Part shown: piece after piece, positions 1 through 7,444 of the stretch
Layout of the letters: every line of letters starts with the position of its first letter
Position numbering within the stretch: the first letter of the stretch is position 1
DNA from: Candidatus Saccharimonadota bacterium
GTDB taxonomy: Bacteria; Patescibacteriota; Patescibacteriia; 2-12-FULL-60-25
DNA length: 32,000 bases
Reading direction: 5' to 3'
Assembly: GCA_023898425.1 (NCBI GenBank)
Contig: CP060222.1
Span: forward strand, 390,001-422,000
The notes under the pieces: model-generated
The model's database searches: none
Seen by the model: only the letters and a program-made list of their open reading frames with translations
What the model was told of the DNA's origin: nothing
Translations under genes and position numbers: made by a program

Positions 1-208
1 CTTTCTCTAAGGTTTGTGAGTTAAAGCTACGTATTTGTTTTTTAATGCGTGAAAGAGATTCGTTATATACAGCTACGAGGATGCTGATAATACAATCATC
101 TTTGATGGCTGGGAGTGGCTCTATGCTTTTTCTCTGTTCAGCAAATATTTGCTCAGCTTTTCGGATATCGCTTTGAGTATAATCAGAAAAATGATGTTTA
201 TGAGACAT
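1..208 (-). CDS. Glycosyltransferase family 2, N-terminal fragment (gene runs off the window start)
   Basis: Manual reverse-strand translation from ATG (complement of 206-208) gives MSHKHHFSDYTQSDIRKAEQIFAEQRKSIEPLPAIKDDCIISILVAVYNESLSRIKKQIRSFNSQTLEK. 'ISILVAVYNE' is the classic GT2 first beta-strand/YNE motif. The frame is open to position 1. Not in the ORF track because it is partial. Confidence 0.45.
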   Translation of the reverse strand, partial: MSHKHHFSDYTQSDIRKAEQIFAEQRKSIEPLPAIKDDCIISILVAVYNESLSRIKKQIRSFNSQTLEK

Positions 209-251
209 ACTTGTATAGTTTACTACAGTGTGACTGCAAAGATAGAGTATA

Positions 252-1309
252 TTAACTTTGTTTCTTTTGCTCTACGTCTCTCTTATTCTTTTGAACAATA
301 CGATGGTATACGTTGTTATATCCTTGAACCATTTTATTCACACTAAATAGTCTTTCAACACGGTTTCTACATGCTTTTCTATTAATTTTATCAATGTTGT
401 TGATTGCATCAATCATTTCTTCAGTTGAAGATACAACGAAACCTGTTTCACCATGTTGTACAACCTCTGGTACGGATCCTCGGTTCCAGCCGATTACAGG
501 AGTACCGCAAGACATTGCTTCAATCATAACGAGACCAAATACTTCGTCCCATTGAATTGGGAAAAGCAGGCCTTTCGCATTCTGAAATAATTCGATTTTT
601 TCTTTCTAGATCAGCTTCGCCAACGTAGCTAATCATTGTACCATCAATATGCGGTTCGATATGTTCTTGCCAGTATCCTTCGTTAGCGTAGCTTTTCCCA
701 GCGATTACGAGTTTAGAATTGGTTGCTTTGGCAGCCTCAATAGCCAGATGAATACCTTTTACTTCAGTAAGTCTACCAATGCACAAGAAATAGTCTTTAG
801 GCGTATTACTAAACTTAAACACATTTGTATCAATGCCATGATAGATATTAGCAACCCAGTTTAGCTCTGGGAGTTGTTTTCTTTGAGCTAGCGAAAAGAA
901 ATGTAGTTATTATCTTTATACTGACGAAGAAGCGGCTTTAATTCTTCTGTAATAGTGGTATGAACCGATGATACAGTAGGGGTAGTAACAAGGTTTGAAT
1001 GAAAAAAGAACTCAATAAAGAAAAATGAGAGTGAATTATATCAAATTCACTTGCTCTGCTGTAGCATTGTGAGATTAATGCGTGAGTGTGGTTTCTGATA
1101 GCAGTTTCGGGCAAGGATGATAGGGCTAGTGAGCGAGATGGGTAACCGTGTAGCAGAGTTTTTACTTTTGAATCCGCTGAGCCAAATACGGTAACGGTAT
1201 GCCCTTGTTTTGCGAGAGCGTCAGACAGTTCGCCTGTATGTGAATAAATAGCTTTAGTTGATCGAGGGTCAACTGGGTATAGGTTTGAGACGAGTTGGGC
1301 TATCTTCAT
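252..1309 (-). pseudogene. GT-B fold (GT4-like) glycosyltransferase broken by three frameshifts
   Basis: ORFs 938-1309 (N-terminal Rossmann half, MKIAQLV...DIIHSHF), 520-822 (FLCIGRLTEVKGIHLAIEAA...LVIAG) and 252-527 (MIEAMSCGTPVIG...ETGF) are consecutive parts of one glycosyltransferase in different frames. A fourth segment (about 895-1005, SNLVTTPTVSSVHTTITEELKPLLRQYKDNNYISF) is in yet another frame. The C-terminal frame continues upstream as KIELFQNAKGLLFPIQWDEVFGLVMIEAM. The shifts map to A6 (1004-1009), a T/A-rich run (about 893-901) and T6 (596-601). Confidence 0.75.
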
Positions 1310-1326
1310 AACTACAATTGGACAGG

Positions 1327-2520
1327 TTAAATTAATGATTTAAATAACTTGATATATTGTTTAAATATTTTTTCAGGGTCGTGCTCTTTCTCGAACAAAC
1401 TTATTAATTTTGCTGAAAGCGGTGTTCCGGCTAGTTTTTCAATCTTTTTTACTATGGTTTTGGGTTTGTTAAAATCGCCAATCCATTCAGCGTTGCCAGT
1501 TTTTCGGTAATGGTTTACCCATCCTACAGAGGATGAGATAATGGTTCCAATGCCTTGTGAAGCAGCTTCTAGGACAACGGTGGGAGATACGTCGAACAAA
1601 GAAGGCAATATGGCGATGTCCATTGTACTGAAGAATTTTAAAATCCCCTTACTATCAGTGGGTTTGTGCACCTCAATGAGCTCTCGGTATCTTTTTTTTT
1701 TTTCATCTTCTGAAGTTTGTTGGACTCGAGAATTGTTGTAATAACATGAAGTTTGATAGGCAGTTTTTGTGCGTCAATTTCCTCAGCTAGTGCTAACACG
1801 GCATTGTGATTCTTGATTCTGTCCCATCTTGCAACCAGACCTACGTTTATATTTTTGTGAGTATTTTTAGATCGTGGTTTCTTCTTTGATGCCTTGCTAA
1901 AGGGCGGGAAGTGGAATTATACAGCGCTTTGATTTTGATGTTCTCAGCACTGTTTTTTGAAAAACTTCTTCGCTGTAGCTATTTAAGAAGACTTGTTTTG
2001 TGGCAAGAGTAGCCGAATCAGTTTCAAATCTCTTCAGTAAATTTTCTGTATGAGATGTATAATATTCGGCGTAAGTATCGACTTCTATATGCAGTATGCC
2101 AGCATGCAATTGGACGACAGGTATCCCTTCTTTATGTGCAGCTATCAATAGCAACCAAGGGCTTAAAAACATTCCATTTATTAATACTATATCTGGCTTC
2201 AATGTTCGTAGTTGTTCTCTTATGAGTTCAATAACCTTGCTTAGCACTGCTGTTGGGTCTATGGGTTGATTTGCTTTGCGTACTTTTACTGCTAGCTTTT
2301 TAGGAAACGTCAGATCGATATATTCTAAGGAGCCACGTTTATATACGGATTTTGCTTGTGGTTTTGAAAGGTCTGCTTTTCTTATGATTATTCCAGTATA
2401 CTGATGCTTTGATTTCTTTAAATACAAAGCTAATTGTGCAGAGAACCGTGCTAAGCCGCCTTCTTCAATGGCTCGATTCCCAGGTATATTTGCTAAGCAG
2501 TCAGTAGAGAGTATATGCAT
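1327..2520 (-). pseudogene. Second GT-B glycosyltransferase, split by two frameshifts (one in a 12-nt homopolymer)
   Basis: ORF 1897-2574 is the N-terminal half (likely start MHILSTD... at 2520). The middle segment (about 1704-1915, KASKKKPRSKNTHKNINVGLVARWDRIKNHNAVLALAEEIDAQKLPIKLHVITT) reads in a different frame. ORF 1327-1671 is the C-terminal half (ILKFFSTMDIAILPSLFDVSPTVVLEAASQGIGTIISS = E..fg..lEA motif). The junctions lie at about 1897-1920 (ccc g ccc run) and at the T12 tract 1692-1703. Confidence 0.7.
1692..1703. repeat. Homopolymer tract, 12 x T on + strand (A12 in the coding sense of the minus-strand glycosyltransferase)
   Basis: Direct count: position 1691 is c, then t x12 (1692-1703), then c. 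It encodes a Lys run (KKKK) in the mid-segment frame. Confidence 0.95.
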
Positions 2521-2673
2521 AAAATAATAACAGAATACAAGCGAGATTGTGCCAGAATTTGTCCATTTTGTCAATCTAAAACGCCTCTTTGTGCAAAAAA
2601 TATGGCTTTATTTAGCAAAAAATGGTTGCAGGCTATATGTTAATTATATTATTTATACGTTCATAAGACATAA

Positions 2674-2707
2674 TTAATAAACACCCCACATGTGGGGTGT
2701 TTATTAA
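2674..2707 (-). terminator. Rho-independent terminator downstream of the peroxiredoxin gene (34-nt perfect palindrome)
   Basis: ttaataaACACCCCACATGTGGGGTGTttattaa. The core 2681-2700 is a perfect 20-nt GC-rich palindrome flanked by A/T runs on both sides. It lies 14 nt beyond the prx stop (2721). Confidence 0.7.
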
Positions 2708-2720
2708 TCTAAGGTTCTGT

Positions 2721-3263
2721 TTACTGTTGCGTCTTTAGATAATCAAGCATGGTCTTCGCATCTGAGATCTCAAACGGATCTGTAGGACAGTCATCAGAGA
2801 AGCCAGGTTCTACGAACATCTTCTTGATTTCGCCGTCTACAACATACATTGAGTAGCGCCAGGAGCGGTCACCGAAGCCGAGATTGCTCTTTTTTACGAG
2901 CATACCCATGCCACGAGTGAAGTCACCATTACCATCTGGAAGCAAGAAGGTTTTTTCTACATTCTGTGCTTTGCCCCAGTTGAACATTACGAAAGCATCG
3001 TTAACGGAGAGACAGATAACTTGGTCAACACCAAGCGCTTTAAAATCATCGTTTGCAGCTTCGTAACCAGGAAGATGCGTTGATGAGCAGGTAGGGGTAT
3101 ATGCGCCAGGTAATGAGAACAAGACAATTTTTTTACCAGCAAAGATATCGTTGGTCGAGAGATCCTGCCAGCGATACGGGTTAGGACCATCGACGCTCTC
3201 ATCTCTTACGCGGGTTTTAAATACAACCTCAGGTACGCGAGCGCCTTCTGTTAAATGAGACAT
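2721..3263 (-). CDS. Peroxiredoxin, Prx5-like subfamily (AhpC/TSA superfamily)
   Basis: MSHLTEGARVPEVVF...FSLPGAYTPTCSSTHLPGY... The PGA(Y/F)TPTCS peroxidatic-Cys motif is typical of Prx5-type enzymes. I chose the internal ATG at 3263 (MSHL...) rather than the track start at 3308, because the 15 extra residues are not family-like. Confidence 0.9.
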   Translation of the reverse strand: MSHLTEGARVPEVVFKTRVRDESVDGPNPYRWQDLSTNDIFAGKKIVLFSLPGAYTPTCSSTHLPGYEAANDDFKALGVDQVICLSVNDAFVMFNWGKAQNVEKTFLLPDGNGDFTRGMGMLVKKSNLGFGDRSWRYSMYVVDGEIKKMFVEPGFSDDCPTDPFEISDAKTMLDYLKTQQ

Positions 3264-3387
3264 GTTTTTATAGGGTTTAAAGATAAATAAATGTGGCAAG
3301 CCACGCACTGAAGATGCCAGTCGGACAAGGGGCTGTCAAAGATTGGTCTTGGTCATTTTGTGAACTTTCGTGATAAAGTTTTAATAT

Positions 3388-4023
3388 ATGTGTTTTTCAG
3401 CTACAGCAAGTTTCGTTGCATCCGCAACGTTGATTCCAGTAGGTGCTTATGCCTTAACTAAGGCAAAACCAAAAGATCGTTTCATCGCTCTAGCGCCATT
3501 ATTATTTGGGATACAACAAGGCATAGAGGGTTTTCAATGGATGCTCGTACATGCGGGACAGCCAAATCAGTATTTAGGGTATGCGTTTATGTTTTTTGCC
3601 TTTCTCTTTTGGCCATGGTTTATCCCACTTTCGCTCTACAAGGCTGAGTTGGACGCAAAAAAGAGACGCCTTATGCTAGCGCTTCTTTTTATAGGGGTAG
3701 CAACAAGCTTAGGATTGCTCATGGTTTTGTTGATGACACCCATGCAAATACTCATTCATCAAAGTTGTTTGCAGTATGATGTGCCAATTCAGCTACCGGT
3801 ACTAATACCGCTTGCACTTGGATATCTTGTTTCTGCCTGTGTGGCGCCTTTGCTTTCGAGTTATCGCTGGGTGCGACCAATGGGTGTTATTGGTTTATTT
3901 GCTGTTATTTTTTCTTTTGTTCTTTTCTGGACGGTATTTACCTCGGTATGGTGCTTCTTTGCCGCTGCGTTAAGTGTTTTTTGTCTTCTTCACGTTTTTG
4001 ATGAGAAGGGGCTCATCAAGTAA
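3388..4023 (+). CDS. Hypothetical multi-pass integral membrane protein
   Basis: 211 aa with about six hydrophobic segments (e.g. FVASATLIPVGAYAL, YLGYAFMFFAFLFWPWFIPLSL, LMLALLFIGVATSLGLLMVLLM). I do not recognise a family with confidence. Confidence 0.6.
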   Translation: MCFSATASFVASATLIPVGAYALTKAKPKDRFIALAPLLFGIQQGIEGFQWMLVHAGQPNQYLGYAFMFFAFLFWPWFIPLSLYKAELDAKKRRLMLALLFIGVATSLGLLMVLLMTPMQILIHQSCLQYDVPIQLPVLIPLALGYLVSACVAPLLSSYRWVRPMGVIGLFAVIFSFVLFWTVFTSVWCFFAAALSVFCLLHVFDEKGLIK

Positions 4024-4320
4024 AACGACGCTACCTTTGATGGCTGTTAAAAGCCCATGCTTATCAGAAATGGGTTTTAGATTTATCAGTGTTTTATATT
4101 TAGCTTCACCAATCAGAAAGTGAACCGGTTCGCGTTTGATCTCGGTACCTTTAAAGACATCAACTATACATTGTAAAAAATGTGGTAAGTCTTCACGTGT
4201 GACATACTCATCAAGTGCTTCGCCAATAAGAGTCTTCACAGATAGCAAAGCTGACAATTCTGGATCCGTGTCCACAAGACGAAAGTGGCGGTCTGTAGTA
4301 AACTTGTAAGTAGTAGACAT
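3970..4320 (-). CDS. Stand-alone PAS-like domain protein (cassette copy 1)
   Basis: 116 aa. KFTTDRHFRLVDTDPELSALLSV..LIGEALDEYVTREDLPHFLQCIVDVFKGTEIKREPVHFLIGEAKYKTLINLKPISDKHGLLTAIKGSVVLLD follows the PAS pattern (vtD..G.I..vN.a.e.l.G....l.G..l.d.........l......g....e......g.......l.p......g..g.......D). Homologous to the 5694-6056 product. Confidence 0.6.
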   Translation of the reverse strand: MSTTYKFTTDRHFRLVDTDPELSALLSVKTLIGEALDEYVTREDLPHFLQCIVDVFKGTEIKREPVHFLIGEAKYKTLINLKPISDKHGLLTAIKGSVVLLDEPLLIKNVKKTKNT

Positions 4321-4337
4321 AGCTCTTGTAGTTTATC

Positions 4338-5060
4338 ATGACACCTTCTTTTGAACAGACTCCAGCAGAACAAAAGCATCGCAAGCACGCGACGCGAATC
4401 TTAGGAGTGCTACAAAAGCGTGAGCTAGAAGGGGGTTTATCACCGTTAGAAGAGCAAAATGGCAAGCTTCCAATGTTGTTATCAGGTGATATTGTGCTTA
4501 TTCGACATAAAAAGGGGAGTCTGGCACGCAAAATCCTTCGTATCATCACTGACAGTTATTGGGATCATACGGCTATGATTATGTACCGCGAGAATCATTC
4601 GCGTGGGTATTCGTCTAATGTTATTTTAGAGTCATTGCGTGGTGGGTGGACGAAGCCCTATTATTTCGGTGCCGAGCTTCATCGTCTTAATAAATATCTA
4701 GATGATCCTGAAAAGTTTGATATAGGTATCAAACGATTTACTTGGCTAGATAAGTCGCTCAGACAAAGAGTAAGAGCCTATGCTTTGGCCTATGTAGATA
4801 CGCCATACTATCCGTATTGGACATGGAAGTTTTTGCTCGGTCTTATTCTCCCGAGTGTAAGAAAACGCATCTTAGCTACACAGCGATATACGTGTTCGGC
4901 GCTTATACAAAAAGCCTACTACGAAGCCGTTGATTTAGCTGATCGACAAAAAATTATGTTTCGTAAGCTTGACTATATGCCGATTCAACTTCTAGACATC
5001 ACTTCACCGGCAGATATCGCGAATAGTGATGTGACGACTTGGATCTATAATCAGCACTAA
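4338..5060 (+). CDS. Circularly permuted NlpC/P60 (YaeF/YiiX-like, peptidase C92-type) protein, type A, copy 1
   Basis: 240 aa. The motifs occur in the order GDIVLIR, SYWDH (His), ILES (acidic), FDIGIKR, TPYYPY, RYTCSALIQKAYYEA (Cys). This matches the E. coli YiiX pattern GDIIF..YSH..EA..V.R..PYD..YCSELV. A basic, poorly conserved N-terminal stretch of about 45 aa precedes the domain. No signal peptide or TM segment. Confidence 0.7.
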   Translation: MTPSFEQTPAEQKHRKHATRILGVLQKRELEGGLSPLEEQNGKLPMLLSGDIVLIRHKKGSLARKILRIITDSYWDHTAMIMYRENHSRGYSSNVILESLRGGWTKPYYFGAELHRLNKYLDDPEKFDIGIKRFTWLDKSLRQRVRAYALAYVDTPYYPYWTWKFLLGLILPSVRKRILATQRYTCSALIQKAYYEAVDLADRQKIMFRKLDYMPIQLLDITSPADIANSDVTTWIYNQH

Positions 5061-5062
5061 TT

Positions 5063-5692
5063 ATGGCAACGCTCTACCCAACAATAAAAGAGGCCATGCA
5101 ACACCTAGAAGTAGGTGATATTGTGTTAATGCGCTCTCGTTCTAATGGATTGTTCCGTCGAGCGATCCGGGAGTTGAGTCAAAGCTACTGGACACATGCT
5201 GCCATGGTCTTTGAAACGGTGAACATTGGTGGAGAGGTTGTATCTGTTTCGATTGTAGAAGCAAATGAAACAATTGAGGTCCATCGTTTAGAGACGTATG
5301 TCGCTAGTGAGCGTTATGATATTGGCATCAAAAGACTTCCAGGTCTCACTGAACTTGATAGAGATCGTATTCGTGGATTCTTTTTGGATGCTCTGGATAT
5401 CCCATATGATTACACATATATATTCGCTATTATGTTTGCACGAATATTAAGTTTCTTTTTAGGGAATAAGGCTTACCGATGGTTCGTAAAAAAATTTAGT
5501 CATGATAATTCGTATATTTGTACAACGTTTGCCCAGCGCGCCTTATACCTTGCTTCTGAGCCAGGACGTAGAAGAGCCGCTCTATTTAACGATGTTGCAG
5601 AACTTACTTTTGTTGAACAAATGTATCTTGTAAATCCACAAACAATATCTTCTAGTAAAAATACCATGTGGGTATTTAATGCTCACGAGTAG
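5063..5692 (+). CDS. Circularly permuted NlpC/P60 (YaeF/YiiX-like) protein, type B, copy 1
   Basis: 209 aa. GDIVLMR, SYWTH, IVEANE, YDIGIKR, IPYDYT, SYICTTFAQRALY. Homologous end to end with the type A protein. It starts 2 nt after the A1 stop (taa tt ATG). Confidence 0.7.
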   Translation: MATLYPTIKEAMQHLEVGDIVLMRSRSNGLFRRAIRELSQSYWTHAAMVFETVNIGGEVVSVSIVEANETIEVHRLETYVASERYDIGIKRLPGLTELDRDRIRGFFLDALDIPYDYTYIFAIMFARILSFFLGNKAYRWFVKKFSHDNSYICTTFAQRALYLASEPGRRRAALFNDVAELTFVEQMYLVNPQTISSSKNTMWVFNAHE

Positions 5693-5693
5693 T

Positions 5694-6056
5694 TCAATTT
5701 GATCGAACTGCTTTAAAAAGCGGGGTACAATCAACCGCTTGGTTTTTGATAGTGATATTAAACTGAAGCTTACTCGCAAGACTGTCGTTTTTTTTAATAG
5801 TTGGGATCATGTCCATAGAGAGAAAATGTTTTGCCCCATTTATAACGAGTGTTGCATTGTGTTCAAATATTTTTTCGCCTCGGTATGCAAGTAAGACATC
5901 CTTTAAAAACGATCTTAGGCATTGTCGATCAAGCCATTGATCCATAGGTTTGCCCAGGGCGTCTTTTTCTTTGATATTGAATGTTGATAAGAGCTCAGAA
6001 GAGATATCAACAACATCAAGCTTCTCGTCTGTGGTAATATGTAGGGAGCTTTTCAT
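5694..6056 (-). CDS. Stand-alone PAS-like domain protein (cassette copy 2)
   Basis: 120 aa. HITTDEKLDVVDISSELLSTFNIKEKDALGKPMDQWLDRQCLRSFLKDVLLAYRGEKIFEHNATLVINGAKHFLSMDMIP aligns with the 3970-4320 product (TTD..VD..EL...G...D...R..L..FL...G..I...I.GAK). Confidence 0.6.
   Translation of the reverse strand: MKSSLHITTDEKLDVVDISSELLSTFNIKEKDALGKPMDQWLDRQCLRSFLKDVLLAYRGEKIFEHNATLVINGAKHFLSMDMIPTIKKNDSLASKLQFNITIKNQAVDCTPLFKAVRSN
6032..6040 (+). promoter_or_regulatory. Extended -10 element (TGgTAATAT) for the A2/B2 operon, located inside the PAS-like gene copy 2
   Basis: TG at 6032-6033 and TAATAT at 6035-6040. An AGGGAG (6043-6048) lies in the predicted short leader, and the ATG is at 6063. 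Confidence 0.45.
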
Positions 6057-6062
6057 TTTCGC

Positions 6063-6092
6063 ATGATATCATTTCTTTTTAAAAAACAACAA
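6063..6092 (-). promoter_or_regulatory. Promoter of PAS-like gene copy 2 (TTGTTG-18-TGaTATCAT), predicted leaderless
   Basis: On the minus strand the TATCAT hexamer is the complement of 6063-6068, so it overlaps the ATG of A2 on the other strand. The extended TG is the complement of 6070-6071. Six nt separate the hexamer from the PAS2 ATG (6056). Confidence 0.5.
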
Positions 6093-6788
6093 GAGCTCGC
6101 AACAGCGAAAAATCAAAAACGCATTGCAAAAAAACTTGCTCATACGAGGTATAAACATGTCACGGTTTCTCCTCTTGAATATATCAACGGTAAGTTACCA
6201 AAACTGCTTACCGGGGATATCGTTTTAATACGTAAAAAGAACGGTGGTATAGGACGAGCGATATTTAGACGTATTACGAATAGCTACTGGGATCACATAG
6301 CACTAGTCATCTTTGGTAAAAACATCGAACGTGGTTACTCAACGAACATTATTATTGAGTCGATTCAGGGCTCGGCTGATAGACCGTTTTACTTTGGCGC
6401 AGAAATACATGCGCTTGATAAATATTTAAACGATCCAAAAGAATTTGATATCGGTATTAAACGTGTAACGTGGCTCACTCGTGCTCAGCGTCATAAGATA
6501 CGGTCTTATGCTCTCATGAATATTGATACGCCATACTATCCACTAAAAACTTGGAGACTGATAAAGCCCTATATTTTTTTCATGGCGAAAAAACAAGTTT
6601 TAACTCGTCAGAGATATTCGTGTTCTGCCTTGGTACAAAAAGCCTACTATGAAGCACTTGATCCAACGGTGCGCATGAAGGTGCTTTTTGGTAATCGTGC
6701 ATTTACACCTATGCAATTACTCGATATAACGTCACCCGCTGATTTTGGCCGAAGCCCTTTAAGCGAATGGATCTATAATAAACACTGA
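6063..6788 (+). CDS. Circularly permuted NlpC/P60 (YaeF/YiiX-like) protein, type A, copy 2
   Basis: 241 aa. By eye it is identical to the 4338-5060 product at a majority of positions (GDIVLIR, SYWDH, IIES, FDIGIKR, TPYYPL, RYSCSALVQKAYYEA, ...WIYNKH). Confidence 0.7.
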   Translation: MISFLFKKQQELATAKNQKRIAKKLAHTRYKHVTVSPLEYINGKLPKLLTGDIVLIRKKNGGIGRAIFRRITNSYWDHIALVIFGKNIERGYSTNIIIESIQGSADRPFYFGAEIHALDKYLNDPKEFDIGIKRVTWLTRAQRHKIRSYALMNIDTPYYPLKTWRLIKPYIFFMAKKQVLTRQRYSCSALVQKAYYEALDPTVRMKVLFGNRAFTPMQLLDITSPADFGRSPLSEWIYNKH

Positions 6789-6789
6789 T

Positions 6790-7443
6790 ATGGAACAATA
6801 CAGAAAAAAACGCAAGCCCAAGTCAGTTTATAAAAATTATAATGAAGCCATCAAACATCTTCAGATTGGTGACATAGTCTTTTTTCATGGAAAAATTGGC
6901 TGGCAAAGAACACTCAATAGAATTGTCAGCCGTTCATACTGGACTCATGTTTCCATTGTATTTGAAATTGTTAAATCAGGAGATGAGGTTTTATCTGTTA
7001 TTTTAATCGAAGCTAATGAAACGGTGAGATTACATCGCCTCGAAACATTCGCCTTACAAGAATATGAATATGAGATAGGTTTTAAACGCGTGCCGGGTCT
7101 AACGCCTAAAGAGATTGACCGCTTTAGAGGATTCTTTTTAGATGTTATTGATATTGAGTATGACTATGACCATGTTATGTATCTGTTCTTTCAGTTCTTG
7201 CTTTCGCGTTTTATCGGTGTACAGCTTACAAAGAAACTTGTAAGACATGTCCTCGCTACTGACGAGTATATTTGTTCATCGTTTGTTCAGAGGGCACTTT
7301 ATCTAGCTGTTGAACCAGATAAAAGAAGAGATGTGCTCTTTCTTGGTAATGATGTACCTTATGCTATCGCGCATGGTCTTGTATTGCCTAAGGACATCGC
7401 TGTGAGCAAAAGCACCATCTGGTTATATAATCCACACGAATAA
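6790..7443 (+). CDS. Circularly permuted NlpC/P60 (YaeF/YiiX-like) protein, type B, copy 2
   Basis: 217 aa. GDIVFFH, SYWTH, LIEANE, YEIGFKR, IEYDYD, EYICSSFVQRALY, ...WLYNPHE. It starts 1 nt after the A2 stop (tga t ATG). Confidence 0.7.
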   Translation: MEQYRKKRKPKSVYKNYNEAIKHLQIGDIVFFHGKIGWQRTLNRIVSRSYWTHVSIVFEIVKSGDEVLSVILIEANETVRLHRLETFALQEYEYEIGFKRVPGLTPKEIDRFRGFFLDVIDIEYDYDHVMYLFFQFLLSRFIGVQLTKKLVRHVLATDEYICSSFVQRALYLAVEPDKRRDVLFLGNDVPYAIAHGLVLPKDIAVSKSTIWLYNPHE

Positions 7444-7444
7444 A

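Noticed and set aside
149-346. A 65-aa plus-strand ORF
   Set aside because: It lies antisense to the GT2 start and the GT4 C-terminus, has low-complexity composition and shows no start signals.
4211-4549. A 112-aa minus-strand ORF spanning the PAS1/A1 junction
   Set aside because: It is out of frame with PAS1 and antisense to the well-conserved A1 N-terminal region. It is Cys/Ser/Arg-rich, as is typical of antisense frames. The paralogous position in cassette copy 2 has no equivalent ORF.
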